Shown: positions 32,389 through 43,359, counted from the first letter of the stretch. The stretch is 64,000 bases of DNA from Acidobacteriota bacterium (GCA_965205505.1 CBDBHB010000008.1:512001-576000); one strand, 5' to 3'. Notes: generated from the sequence alone by a model not told the origin. A program made the numbers and translations.

Positions 32389-32900
32389 CTAGTGAGGCGA
32401 TGAGGCACCAGGCTTTTCGACCTCGCGCCGTTCGATGGTGATGCCGTAATCGACTGCCGTCCGGTTCCTGCTGGCAACGCGCGTGAGCACGAACTGATAG
32501 TTCGTACGGCGCCGAGTCGGGACGCCGATGGATGTTTCGACCCAGCCGTCGCGACCTTCACTCGTGGCAACGTCGCCATCAGAGTTTCGCACGATGGTCT
32601 TCAGGAACGGGGAGGCCGGGGCGTGTTCGACCCTGAACCGGTACTGGAAGACTCTTTCGCGGTGCCGCGATATCGAAAGCCGCACCGCGACATCCTCTCG
32701 CTCGAATGCTTCTAGGCGACCGGAAACTGTACGGACGTGTGTCCAGTTAGGCGGCGGTGGAGGTGGTGGGTCGGACGTGCAGCTCAGTTGCGCTCCCCCA
32801 CCTGCGAGCAGCACCTCGAGCGCAGCCCGCTCGGCGGGATCGACGCTCAATCCGTATTCCCGCTTTGCCTGGATCACCCGGTTCGCGAACGCGGCGACCG
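32389..32900 (-). pseudogene. C-terminal part of DUF1524/HNH-like secreted nuclease with Pro linker
   Basis: FANRVIQAKREYGLSVDPAERAALE followed by poly-Pro linker. Confidence 0.45.
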
Positions 32901-33649
32901 TGCCCGCGAAGCCGGCCTGGTGATCCGCGCCTCTGCTCGTTTCTGTGAAGCCGTTGCGAGGGCGCATGGCAAGACCGAATGAAAGCGGCTACCGGCGTGG
33001 CGATTGCTCGGCGGCTGAATCCGAGCGCGCGAATGCCGTCCACCAATTCGGCGAATATTCCCTGGCGTTATTGAAGGTCGGTCGACCCCTGCGTCCCTAC
33101 GTGCCCTAGTGGGGACGTGTAAGGGAGCGGCCCGTGGCCTGACGGCCAACCGCCCCACAGTCCAAGAATAAGCAACATCGCTCCGCGGCCCCTCGAGGAC
33201 GGGACCCTGGTGCTCGCCGGCCTCAACCCCATCGCTGGGATTGACGGCGAGCAACCGGCGAAGTCTGCCAAACCGGCTGTTCGCCCCCGCTCGTCACTCG
33301 GGCATCAAGGGGATGCCGACCCATCGTTCAGCCGGCGCTGGCCAATGCGACAAGGCGAGGATCACTCGCCGCGACACGGTGGCCGCGTTCTTTGCGCCAT
33401 GTCCAAATGGCGCAATACCTGGCGCGATAGTCGCCGCTCACCGGCCGCCACGGTGGCAGGTGGGACGGCTGGAACGGATGATCAACGGCGCGATCCAGGC
33501 CTCCGCTACGGGGGCGCATGCAGGCATGGCGTGAGGAAGACCCAAGAAACGGCAATCCGATCAGGATGCGAAGCCGGGCGATCAGGCTGCCACGATCGGG
33601 TACGAAGCGGACCTGGGGCGCATGGCCGACACGCTACGCGGCAGCATAG

Positions 33650-33735
33650 CGCTGAGCCTGGTGGGCCCGCTGCGCCCACCCTCCGCGGCTCATAGATGCC
33701 TCCGAGTTCAAGGAGTACATCTTCGGGCTATTGTG
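33650..33735 (+). pseudogene. Degenerate type I R-M HsdM N-terminal stub
   Basis: LRG..DASEFKEYIFGLL motif across a frameshift. Confidence 0.55.
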
Positions 33736-33789
33736 TCGGGGGGAGGCCGACGAACGCAACGACGCGACTCCACACCGTGAGAGGGAGCG

Positions 33790-34107
33790 ATGATCACCGG
33801 CGAACTCAAATCCAAGGTCGACCGCATGTGGGACACTATGTGGTCCGGGGGCATCTCGAACCCTCTCTCGGTCATCGAGCAGCTTACCTACCTGCTCTTC
33901 ATCAAGCGCCTCGACGAGTTGCAGACGCTCAAGGAAGCCAAGGCCGCCCGCACCGGCAAGCCCATCGAAGGGCCGATCTTCGCCGCCGACCAAGACAGGC
34001 TCCGCTGGTCGCGCTTCAAGGAGGTCGCCCCAGAGCAGATATTCGAGACAGTCCGCGACGGCGTGTTCCCCTTCATCAACACTCTCGGCAACAAAGAAGG
34101 GTATTGA
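33790..34107 (+). pseudogene. hsdM: Type I R-M methyltransferase subunit, truncated N-terminus
   Basis: MITGELKSKVDRMW...GGISNPLSVIEQLTYLLFIKRLD; stops after about 100 aa at a composition shift. Confidence 0.88.
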
Positions 34108-34325
34108 TATACTTCGCTAATCCCCCAACGTGCCCATTTTAAAGGGTTTTCAACACGTAAAGAGAACAACGTCTAGAGATTTCTTCCTCTCTGAGCGGCG
34201 GTTCCTTCCGTCGCTCTTTTTATATGGAGCTAACGATTTTCTCTTCCTCTACTAATTCCTCTCAATCGTCACTCAAGCGCTAGCGAAAGTCGCAGTTATA
34301 TTGCTGCGCGGCGATCCGCAACTGT

Positions 34326-34781
34326 TTAGTCGGTGCCCAAATGATATCGGTCATAGCCATCCCTCACCCCCAAGTGGGATAGATGCATTACGCTGAGGAC
34401 GCAATCTTCATTGAATGGGACGAGAAGGCCTATCTTGTCCCCTTCGTCCAACGAATATGGCAACTTGCCAACAGTGAACTTCTCTATTATGAACTTGTTC
34501 TGCTTACCCCGAGGCAATCGCTGCCACCAGCGACCTGCCCTGCCTTCTACCATCGCTATCTTGATCCGTCCAGGACCACGATTAGTGACCTCAATCGCAA
34601 CGTAAACGTCACCGGAAAGTTGGTTGTCGCTAGCCTTCAAGCTCCGGGCAAGGAGCACCCGTCCGGTCACCTGAATTACATGCACACGGACGCGGAGACG
34701 TGGCTTCCTACGATCGGTATAGATCTTCCAACCCAGTCCCAATAAAGCGACGACGAGGCTGCCGATTACGAGAAGGTCCAA
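34326..34781 (-). CDS. Hypothetical protein with N-terminal membrane anchor
   Basis: 151-aa ORF, hydrophobic start then RKPRLRV; lower-GC context. Confidence 0.55.
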   Translation of the reverse strand: MDLLVIGSLVVALLGLGWKIYTDRRKPRLRVRVHVIQVTGRVLLARSLKASDNQLSGDVYVAIEVTNRGPGRIKIAMVEGRAGRWWQRLPRGKQNKFIIEKFTVGKLPYSLDEGDKIGLLVPFNEDCVLSVMHLSHLGVRDGYDRYHLGTD

Positions 34782-34940
34782 CTTGGAATCACCCTATTAC
34801 TTGTAAGCGGCGGATAAAGGAGAGGTTATCGTAATCTACTGAAGCTCAAAAAGACATAAACAACTATAACTAAATAATCCAAAGACAGGCAGGGGAGCGT
34901 ACCCTCGCTCTCCTGCCTGTTCTATGTGTGGACAGAGAAC

Positions 34941-35489
34941 ATGACTACTACGCCGAAGACACTACTAGAAGCCATCCGTGTTGATTCCGACTTGGATATC
35001 TGCGAGGAGACATTAGCCGAGGCTAGATGGCCTGATGGTGTGATCTGCCCACAATGCGGTCGTGATCGCCCGACTTATCTGTTCAATCAGAGACGGTGGC
35101 AATGCAGGCGAAAGCATCCCAAGCGGCAGTTCTCAGCCAAGGTTGGCACGGTGTTCGAATCTTCTCCCATCGGCCTGGACAAGTGGTTCGCTGCGGTCTG
35201 GCTGATTGCCAACGCGAAGAACGGTATCAGTAGCCACGAGATCCACAGGTCCATAGGTGTTACTCAGAAATGCGCATGGTTCATGCTGCATCGTGTGCGC
35301 CTAGCCATGCAGAAGGAAGTAGAAATATTACGAGGTGAAATAGAAGTAGATGAGACCTTCATTGGTGGTAAGGCTCGGAACATGCATGTGCATAAGCGCA
35401 GGGAAAAGATAACGGGCCGAGGTCCGAGCGGCAAGACGGCAGTGCTACGTCTACTACAACGCAAGGGCATGTACGAACAATTCCAATAG
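34941..35489 (+). mobile_element. IS1595-family transposase, truncated
   Basis: RWPDGVICPQCG zinc ribbon, KNGISS, AWFMLHRVR, EVDETFIGG; ends before the remaining catalytic residues. Confidence 0.88.
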
Positions 35490-35702
35490 ATCCTTATCCT
35501 CTGGCTTCACATCGTTAGTAACCATGATATCCTTGTCCCGGTCGATCAGCTTGAGCAAGGCAGCCAGGTGCCGGTCGGTCGGTTCCAGCTCGTCGCCGGT
35601 TTTGATCGATCGCTCGATCCGCGCCTTCAGCGACCGGTCGCGAGTCGAGTTGACTTGCTGACCCCACGGGATCTGGTCGGCCGTGATCGGTGGCTCGCTC
35701 AT
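35490..35702 (-). pseudogene. Hypothetical protein downstream of primase-like gene, truncated at IS1595 remnant
   Basis: ATGA-coupled to upstream ORF, runs into IS sequence. Confidence 0.4.
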
Positions 35703-36004
35703 GACGCGCGCTCCCGGCGCACCTGGATCCAGCCCACAAGGTCATCCTCAGCGTCGTGGTAGGGCCACGTGTGCGCTGGCCTGCCGAGCTCGGGGTGGCG
35801 GCGGATGCCCAGACTCCGGGCCGTGAGGGCCTCCAGGACCGCCTCCTGCATGCATCCGGCGTGACAGTGCAACAGCACCTGCCCGTCGCGCTCTGTCGCG
35901 CTCAGACTCACGTTGCGGTCCTTGTGCGCCGGGCAACGGCACATGCCGCCATGTCCGCTGCATCGACCCGCGAGCGCGCGGACGATCTGCTCCATGCTGG
36001 CCAT
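35699..36004 (-). CDS. Primase-type zinc-binding domain protein
   Basis: CRCPAHKDRNVSLS...LLHCHAGC. Confidence 0.72.
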   Translation of the reverse strand: MASMEQIVRALAGRCSGHGGMCRCPAHKDRNVSLSATERDGQVLLHCHAGCMQEAVLEALTARSLGIRRHPELGRPAHTWPYHDAEDDLVGWIQVRRERAS

Positions 36005-36005
36005 G

Positions 36006-36233
36006 TCACGTTGACGACAGCGGGGACGGGGCTGGCTGATCGCCGCCCGGCAGGGCCGTCGGACGGCTCGCCAACCAGGCCTCGATGTCCGCCAGGCGCC
36101 AGGCTACGGCACGCCGGCCGATGCGCACCGGACGGGGAAACTCCCCCGCATCCATCGCAGCGTAGATCGCTGACCTGGAAAGTAGCGTGATCCGCTCAAC
36201 TTCAGGGCGTCGGATAAGTGTCGGTTGCATCAT
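36006..36233 (-). CDS. alpA: AlpA-family regulator/excisionase
   Basis: LIRRPEVERITLLSRSAIY...GEFPRPVRIGRRAVAW. Confidence 0.92.
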   Translation of the reverse strand: MMQPTLIRRPEVERITLLSRSAIYAAMDAGEFPRPVRIGRRAVAWRLADIEAWLASRPTALPGGDQPAPSPLSST

Positions 36234-36342
36234 TGGGAACCCTCCGGGTAGCTGTAGGATCCCCACTGTGCACGCCACGACTTGGCGTGTCATTGGGACA
36301 GGTTTTCGGAAACTCGTCCCTACACAGCGCGACGCGTAGGCG

Positions 36343-37008
36343 CTAGCGCTTGCTCTGCCAGATAGCGAGAACGCTGCTGTACTTGCTCACGCTTTGATTT
36401 CTGTCGGCGAGCACCCCGGCCACGATGTCGCAGGCAGATGCACGCTCGGTAAGTTCATTGCGCATCACATTCATGCCGCACTTTTTCAGGATGTAGACTG
36501 CCCATGCGATCACGTAGTTTCGCTCGGCCATCTTGGGCTCAGGGCCCCTGCTGCCTTCGCTGGCTCTGGGACGCTGTCCCCGCTCGGCCACCCATCTTTG
36601 CAGCGTTTGCCCAAGCGGATACTTGCCTCCTTTTTGCATGAGCACCCAATCCAGTACGTCCCAATGTAGTGCGGAGGTACGTGATCGTTCAGCGAAAAGA
36701 TCGACCACCTCCTCGCGCGGGGTGCCGTCCAGAGGGCCCAGAGACGAAGCGAGCATCCCTACGTAGTAGTCGCGAGCCCACTCCGGGTCATCCGACAGGT
36801 CCAGGTCCAGCCACAAGTGCACGAGGGCCCGCGCATCGTCGTCTGAAATGCGCTCTCCCTGCTCCGTGAATCGTGCCACGTGCTCGCGGTGTTTACGGTG
36901 AAACTCATCGTGCTGGGATTGGTCGTAGGCGGCACGCACAGGCGGTATGGGACTACAGAGCTTCAGCTTCAGTCGAACGGTCTGCCTCGGGCGCGGTTCC
37001 TCACCCAT
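36343..37008 (-). CDS. Hypothetical satellite protein between integrase and alpA
   Basis: 221-aa ORF co-oriented with int and alpA. Confidence 0.55.
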   Translation of the reverse strand: MGEEPRPRQTVRLKLKLCSPIPPVRAAYDQSQHDEFHRKHREHVARFTEQGERISDDDARALVHLWLDLDLSDDPEWARDYYVGMLASSLGPLDGTPREEVVDLFAERSRTSALHWDVLDWVLMQKGGKYPLGQTLQRWVAERGQRPRASEGSRGPEPKMAERNYVIAWAVYILKKCGMNVMRNELTERASACDIVAGVLADRNQSVSKYSSVLAIWQSKR

Positions 37009-37312
37009 GAGGCAGCACCGGCACGATGGTCTGGATCGGGGCGGGCAACCTGGAGTGCGGCCCGGGCCCACTGATCGATGGGGACAGCAGCATCAGGCCC
37101 AGGATGACGGCCGGAATCAGCGTCAGTGCACGGCCCGAAAGGTTGATCCTGGGCGAGCGGAGATCGCCCATCCGCACGTTGCCGAGCTCACCTCTGTCCA
37201 TATCATCTCTCCGTAGGCACGGGGGCGGTGGGGTAGACACGTCTTCAGGGTAGCGTGCGTGGCCGTGTGCCAACCCACTTCAGCAGGCAGGGAACCGACC
37301 CGGTACTGCTCC

Positions 37313-38566
37313 CTAGACAGGGCGCAGCATCGGCACCACCTTGCCGCCCTCAGCACTCAGGTAGGCGGCCCAGTCTTCCATCAGCTTCCGGCGCCGCTCC
37401 AGCAGGTCCGAGCGCGCATAGGCCGCCTCGGTCGGGTCGCGCACCGCATGCGCCAGCGCCGCCTCCATGACCGCCCGCGGTGCGTTGGTGCACTCCGCCG
37501 CCCAGTCCCGGAACGATGAGCGAAACCCGTGCGGTACCGCTTCAATACCCAGCTGCCGCAGCACCCGGGAAAGCGTTGCGTCCGCCAGCGGCCTGCCGGC
37601 CCGTGCGCCGGGAAACACCAGCCCCTCGCCATCCCTGAGCCCCCGCGCCTGGCGCAGGATCTCCATTGCCCGGCCCGATAGCGGTACCCGGTGCGCCCGG
37701 TTCGACTTCATGCGCTCGGGTGCAAGAGTCCACTCCCTCGCCTCCAGGTCCATCTCCTGCCAGGTAGCCAACCGCACCTCGCCGGAGCGGGCCGCCGTCA
37801 ACACCAGAAACTCCAGGGCCAGCTTCACCACCCCGGAGGCATCCGAAGCCCGTACCGCCTCGATCGCACCGTCCACCTCGGCATGCGGCAACGCCCGCAT
37901 ATGCTGTCGCCGCTTGCGGTGCCGTGGCAGCGCCTGGGTGATCGCCTCACCAGCCGGGTTGTCGCCACGGTACCCCTGCGCCATGGCCCACTTCATCACC
38001 GCACCGATGCGCGCCCGCACCCGCCGTGCGGTCTCGGCCTTGTCATGCCAGATCGGACCCAGTACCTCCAACACCTCGGCCGTCGTCACCTCCGACACCG
38101 GCATCTCACCGATGCGCCCGTACGCATAGGTGCGCAACTCCGTTTTCCATTGCGCCGCATACTTGGCGTTGCGCCACCCGGGGCGGTGCATCTCATACAC
38201 CTTGGCCGCTGCTTGCGCGAACGTCGGCATGCCCTCGGCCCGGCGCTTGTCTGTCAGCGGGTCACCGCCGGCACGGGCCAGCTTGCGGTTGGCAAATGCC
38301 ACCTCGCGCGCCTCCGACAGCGACACCAAGGGGTAGCCTCCGAGACCCAGTTCCCGGCGACGGCCCTGGATCACGATCCGCTGTACCCAGCTGCGCGCTC
38401 CGCTCGGGATCACGTTCAGGTACAGGCCGTGTCCATCGCAGTACCGGCCCGGCTTCATTACCGTGCGTACGAACGCCGCCGACAGGGCCCGCTCCGGGTG
38501 CTTGCCGCTCTTGCGCCGAGGGCTGGGTTTCGGTGCAGTTGCTTGCGCATCGGCGATATTCTGCAT
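37313..38566 (-). CDS. P4-like tyrosine integrase with Arm DNA-binding domain
   Basis: DGHGLYL, LGLGGYPLVSL, TAARSGE, HGFRSSFRDW, ALAH, AYARSD; catalytic set intact. Confidence 0.95.
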   Translation of the reverse strand: MQNIADAQATAPKPSPRRKSGKHPERALSAAFVRTVMKPGRYCDGHGLYLNVIPSGARSWVQRIVIQGRRRELGLGGYPLVSLSEAREVAFANRKLARAGGDPLTDKRRAEGMPTFAQAAAKVYEMHRPGWRNAKYAAQWKTELRTYAYGRIGEMPVSEVTTAEVLEVLGPIWHDKAETARRVRARIGAVMKWAMAQGYRGDNPAGEAITQALPRHRKRRQHMRALPHAEVDGAIEAVRASDASGVVKLALEFLVLTAARSGEVRLATWQEMDLEAREWTLAPERMKSNRAHRVPLSGRAMEILRQARGLRDGEGLVFPGARAGRPLADATLSRVLRQLGIEAVPHGFRSSFRDWAAECTNAPRAVMEAALAHAVRDPTEAAYARSDLLERRRKLMEDWAAYLSAEGGKVVPMLRPV

Positions 38567-38707
38567 CCCCCTCTCATTCCGCCATTAAAGGCGGGAATGT
38601 AGCGGATTGTCCGGGAACACGCAAGATGGACGAATACTCGTAACTGTCTGACTCTACTGATGATTAGGGACTAATAGGTCAACTCAGGAATGCACCGGAT
38701 CTGGATG

Positions 38708-39814
38708 ATGGCAGAGGTACGCGCTGCCGTCAGGCGCACGCGGCTCACATGGGACGACGCGCTGCTCGACCACAACGTGTTCGGGCGCTTGGCGCAGATC
38801 GTGCCCGCGATCGTCATCTACTCCGGCATTGGTCTCGTGCCGGATATCGTCGAGCCCGCCGAAAGGGCCATCCACAACGTCGCGAGCGCTTACATGGTCG
38901 TCATGATCATGCTGACCCTGACCGCGACAATGTCGGCGGCTAACCAGATCTACGTGACCTTCCCGCTGGCGCGCCACCGACCGATCAAGGGCTTCGTCCA
39001 GCTCGCGCAGATCGCTGTATACGTACTCGGCGCGATCGTGGTGATCGGAATGCTGATCGACCGCTCGCCGGTGATCCTCCTGAGCGGCCTCGGCGCTATG
39101 ACGGCGGTGCTGTTGCTTATCTTCAAAGACACGCTGCTGTCGGTGGTGGCCAGCATTCAGCTCACGGCCCAAGACCTGGTGCGCGTCGGCGACTGGATCG
39201 AGGTGCCTCAGTTCGGCGCCGACGGCGACGTGGTCGACGTCGCGCTCTACACCGTAACGGTGCAGAACTGGGACAAGACGATCACGACGATCCCGACTCA
39301 CTGGATGATCTCCGATTCGTTCAAGAACTGGCGCAGCATGAGTGATTCCGGCGGACGGCGGATCAAGCGGTCGATCAACGTCGATGTCAACTCGATTCGC
39401 GTTCTGACCGATCGTGAAATGGAGCGCTTCAAGGGTTTTGCGTTGCTGAAGAACTACATCGAGGCCAAGGAGGCCGACCTCAAGACCTACAACGAGACCC
39501 TCGATGAGCCGGGTGAGGCAGGCATCAACCTACGGCGGCTGACGAATATCGGCACTTTCCGCGCGTACATCCGCAACTACCTGGAACATCATCCGAAGAT
39601 TCATCACCGCCTGACGCTGATCGTGCGCCAATTGCAGCCCGGCGCCGAAGGTGTGCCGATCGAGGTCTACGCGTTCACCAACGACACGAACTGGGTGGCC
39701 TATGAAGGCATCCAGGCCGACATCTTCGATCACATTTACACGATCGCGCCCGAGTTCGGCCTGCGCATCTATCAGAAACCCGCTGGCGCGGATCTGGCTG
39801 GGCTGCGGGCCTGA
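38708..39814 (+). pseudogene. MscS-family mechanosensitive channel (YbdG-like), 5'-truncated
   Basis: FKDTLL, GDWIEVPQFGADGDV, VQNWDKTI, GGRRIKRS; first TM helix missing at integrase-element junction. Confidence 0.8.
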
Positions 39815-40063
39815 CCGTAGAAGGTCCTAGCAGGCCGAGACGCCAGTAGCCGTGGCCTCTGCCTTCACTCCTCCGATGCCATCTGCTCACGCCAGGGATC
39901 GTCAGGGTGCGCTATGCTCGTGCCCTGGCAGAGGGCCGTTTCGGAGCACTCAGACATTGTTTCCTTGGTGCTCGGATGGACACCGTTATGGTCACCAACG
40001 TGTTTTTTGAGCGACCCTGGGTGGCCTCGAAATCGACGCAAGCCCTTGATTTCAAGGAACGTA

Positions 40064-40147
40064 GCCGAGGTGGCGGAATTGGCAGACGCGCCGGACTCAA
40101 AATCCGGTGGGCTTACGCTCGTGAGGGTTCGAGTCCCTCCCTCGGTA
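40064..40147 (+). tRNA. tRNA-Leu(CAA)
   Basis: GCCGAGG/CCTCGGT acceptor, GGCGGAATTGGCAGACGC D-arm, CCGGA-CTCAAAA-TCCGG, long variable arm, GGTTCGAGTCC; CCA not encoded. Confidence 0.95.
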
Positions 40148-40919
40148 CTTTTGTATAATCAGCGACTTACAGACGATTAGGCAGCGGGCCTGTCGCCCCT
40201 GATTTCTCGTTTCGGACACCAAATCGGACACCTTCTGTGTCCTCGGATCCCGCTCAAGGAAGCGCAGCTCGGCCCCTAGAATACCGAAACTGGCAGAAAG
40301 CAGTATGAGGTCATCCGACGAGACACGGAGACCGCTCGTCACGATTTCGACTCGGATCACGTAGCGTGGGACGGTAGTGGCTTCGCGTTTACCAAGTACG
40401 GTGGCCCGGGCCGGCCTCCACTGCCGCTGGAGCAGACATATCCCACTCAAGGGCAGCCCGCTGATCAGCGGGCGCCGGTCCCTTTCGGAGTCATGCTCTC
40501 GGGCGGCAGAAGTCTGTCCGGGCGGACCCTTTGCTTCCAGGCCGGGAGTCTCACAGTCCCTTTTCTACTTGCCGTTACGAACCCATCACAACGCGATCGT
40601 GACTGCATGCGAGACAGAGGCAACATGGACCGCAAATCGCGTTCGTTGGTGGACTGGTCCAAGACCCTTGTACGCGCCGCCGATGGAGAGCAAGATCGTT
40701 AGGCTAAGCGCTCTCCGGACTTCAGCCACCCGAGTGCAGGTCAGCCTAGTCCCAGCCCCGCGGCGATCTGAGCAACCAGACCTCCGATCGAGGACACATC
40801 GCCAGAAACGCGCGCTAAGGAAGACCGGGTGAAACACGAGGACGCGGTGGAGGCCTGCCACAGCCTTCGGCGTCTCGCGTACAAGGGAGGTCAAGGGAAA
40901 AGCTCTGGAACAGGGAGTC

Positions 40920-40938
40920 TCAAATCCTGGCCCCGCTA
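40920..40938 (+). other. Possible tRNA-Met 3' end remnant (att core)
   Basis: TCAAATCCTGGCCCCGCTA resembles initiator tRNA T-loop plus acceptor; preceded by CAAGGGA x2 and followed by hairpin. Confidence 0.5.
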
Positions 40939-40942
40939 GTCT

Positions 40943-40992
40943 AAAGCCCCGGTGACGTACGCTCTGTTCCCCGTGCTCGTCACCGGGGCTTT
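40943..40992. terminator. Bidirectional terminator-like inverted repeat
   Basis: AAAGCCCCGGTGACG...CGTCACCGGGGCTTT perfect 15-bp stem. Confidence 0.7.
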
Positions 40993-41099
40993 CTGCGTCC
41001 AGAGGCCGAAGGTCCTCCCCGAGTGCTCCGGGTGCTCGTGCGGCGAGTTCCGGGTCTCACTTCAGCCGGTTTTGAACCGCCGTGTGTAAACTACCGTCC

Positions 41100-42554
41100 A
41101 TGGAGAGTATTTGGTCTCGATGGAGCACGGTCGCAACGTTACTGGGGGCTGGCGCGACGGTGGGCGCTCTTTACTACATCATGGCCCAGTCTGCACCTGG
41201 GTGGCTTCGCACGGTTGTTCTAATCCTATCGATATCGCTCATTGTCGGCGGGGTTCTCACGGCGCTCTATCTCTCTTGGGATCCTGTTCAGGCGGCGGTG
41301 AAAGTCGTCGCAGGAAACTGGCCAGAACGCGTGTTTTGGTCCGGTGTCGCGTTCGTCACGACAGGCGGTTTCCTGCTGGTTGTCTACTACGGTGTGATCC
41401 GTCCCGTAACGAGTTCTTCCAACTCACCGGCGCCACGCACCGTGTCCGATGCCGAGAACGAAAACCGCGGATCTGAGGACCAGCCTGCAACCGTCCCGGC
41501 GGATCCAGCGCCCGAGGAAGTCCTGGAAATCGATCAAGATCGTGTCGAGGCGTTTGACCAAACCGTTTTCGCAGGTACCGGCGACGCGGCGTACGACGGA
41601 GATGGAGGACCCGCAGTTCAAGCCGATCTGTGGGGGCCGCGCGGAATCGATGTTGATGCGGGCGGCAACGTCTATTTCGCGGCGGAAGGGAATCACGCGA
41701 TTCGGAGAGTGGACACCGACGGCATCATCACAACGATCGCCGGCAACGGAACAGGTGGCTGCGGAAAAGCCGAAGGGAGGGCGCAAGAGGTCCAACTACT
41801 AGCGCCGAAGGACGTCGCCGTTGACAGTCACGGCTTCGCCTTCATCGCCGACCCGAACTGCAACCGAGTGCTCCGGGTCGACGCGAACGGGACGATTACC
41901 AAGGTTGCGGGTACCAGCACGGCAGGCTTCAGCGGGGACGGAGGTCCAGCCACGGCAGCCCAGCTGGACGGTCCGTACGGTGTGGCGATCGATCACCAAG
42001 GGGCCGTGTACATAGCGGATCTCCACAATCAGCGGATCCGGCGAGTCGATCCCTCGGGCAGAATCTCGACAGTCGCAGGAACCGGCACCGCCGGATTCTC
42101 TGGAGACGGCAAGCAGGCTACCGACGCGACCCTCAACGACCCTCTCCGAGTCGCGGTGGACGCTGACGGCAGTATCTACATCACCGACCGTGGCAACCAG
42201 CGCATTCGCAGGGTCGACGCTGCAGGCATCATCGAGACCGTCGCCGGGAACGGCTCCCGAGGATTCTCTGGCGATGGGGGTTCGGCAATTCTCGCGCAAC
42301 TCAATGATCCCTCGTACGTCGAGCCCCTTGAGGAAGGCGCTTTCCTGATCGCCGATCATCTGAACAACCGGGTCCGACATGTCGACTCGTCGGGCCTGAT
42401 CACCACCTATCTCGGCGGCGAGCCGGATGAGGGGCACGAGGGGGCTACAGCTGTGCGCTTTGATGGAGTAATGGGCGTGGCCGTTGCCCCCGCCGGCAAC
42501 ATCTTCGTTTCCGAGAGCAATCGCCATCGAATCCGAAGACTCTCGGCTCAATGA
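41100..42554 (+). CDS. Membrane-anchored NHL-repeat (teneurin-like) beta-propeller protein
   Basis: Three TM helices then repeats of TVAGTG.AGFSGDGG.A..A.L..P..VAVD. Confidence 0.88.
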   Translation: MESIWSRWSTVATLLGAGATVGALYYIMAQSAPGWLRTVVLILSISLIVGGVLTALYLSWDPVQAAVKVVAGNWPERVFWSGVAFVTTGGFLLVVYYGVIRPVTSSSNSPAPRTVSDAENENRGSEDQPATVPADPAPEEVLEIDQDRVEAFDQTVFAGTGDAAYDGDGGPAVQADLWGPRGIDVDAGGNVYFAAEGNHAIRRVDTDGIITTIAGNGTGGCGKAEGRAQEVQLLAPKDVAVDSHGFAFIADPNCNRVLRVDANGTITKVAGTSTAGFSGDGGPATAAQLDGPYGVAIDHQGAVYIADLHNQRIRRVDPSGRISTVAGTGTAGFSGDGKQATDATLNDPLRVAVDADGSIYITDRGNQRIRRVDAAGIIETVAGNGSRGFSGDGGSAILAQLNDPSYVEPLEEGAFLIADHLNNRVRHVDSSGLITTYLGGEPDEGHEGATAVRFDGVMGVAVAPAGNIFVSESNRHRIRRLSAQ

Positions 42555-42695
42555 CTGACGCTGTGACGATCGCACGGACGATCCACCCGCCGACGGCGCA
42601 AGCCAGTCTGTCGGCGAGCACGCCATACCGCTTCGAGTGGTCAGCTTGCTCCAGGACGTCTTTCGGTATTGCGCAAGTATATGCCGCGACGTCCT

Positions 42696-43037
42696 CTAGT
42701 ACTCGTTCCTGAGCATCATCACGCCGTCAACACAGTAGAACGAGAATTCCTGCATTGGGAAGTCGGTGTACGGAATCGACTGCTCCACGATGACGGGTTC
42801 GCCAGTGTCTTCTTTAGCACACACGACAGCGCTCCGGTCTTCCTCGACCGCAAGCTCCCAAAGCTGGAATGGAACTCTCCTGAGCTGCGGCTGATAGCTT
42901 CCCACCAAATCAATGAGCCAGTAGCACTCCGCCTGATCAGCCAAGTACTTTATCCCATCGGTAAACAGCAGTCCCGTGTAGTTCCGGTAGTACTGCGTCG
43001 TTCCAATGAAGCCAGCTAGCTCATCCTCCAGTCCCAT
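42696..43037 (-). CDS. DUF6876 family protein
   Basis: GFIGTTQYYR..LLFTDGIKYLA...YWLIDL...Q.IPYTDFP...MLRNEY. Confidence 0.82.
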   Translation of the reverse strand: MGLEDELAGFIGTTQYYRNYTGLLFTDGIKYLADQAECYWLIDLVGSYQPQLRRVPFQLWELAVEEDRSAVVCAKEDTGEPVIVEQSIPYTDFPMQEFSFYCVDGVMMLRNEY

Positions 43038-43102
43038 AACTGCTGCAGAGCTCTTGGACGTTATAAAGCCCACGCCGTCAACTAGTACCTGTGGGAGAAG
43101 CT

Positions 43103-43255
43103 TCAAGACGCAATTACATCGGCTTCGTCCTCTTGCTGCTGCACGTGGTGTTCGATTGCCGAGATAATCTGTTGTCGAATGCTCACTCCTGTGCGTTCGC
43201 GTATTCGGTACATGGCACAAATCAGTGGCGGCGGGATGACCAGGCTGTACGTCAT
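43103..43255 (-). CDS. Small ribbon-helix-helix-like protein
   Basis: 50 aa; YSLVIP strand, helix, TGVSIRQQI..AI; Shine-Dalgarno (SD) GGAGG. Confidence 0.55.
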   Translation of the reverse strand: MTYSLVIPPPLICAMYRIRERTGVSIRQQIISAIEHHVQQQEDEADVIAS

Positions 43256-43341
43256 CTTCCTCCCTCCACAGTCGCAAGCTCCTGCTCGTGCAGGTACGCC
43301 ACGTAGACTTCCCGTACATCCTGCCAAAACGTCTGCCACAT
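43252..43341 (-). CDS. Small hypothetical peptide (29 aa)
   Basis: MWQTFWQDVREVYVAYLHEQELATVEGGR; GAGGAG upstream; ATGA overlap with next gene. Confidence 0.4.
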   Translation of the reverse strand: MWQTFWQDVREVYVAYLHEQELATVEGGR

Positions 43342-43359
43342 GAGCGGATCTCCTCGACG

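Noticed and set aside
34883-34920. Strong hairpin upstream of IS1595 transposase
   Set aside because: Plausibly an ordinary terminator or IS feature; no second copy or clear TIR pair found
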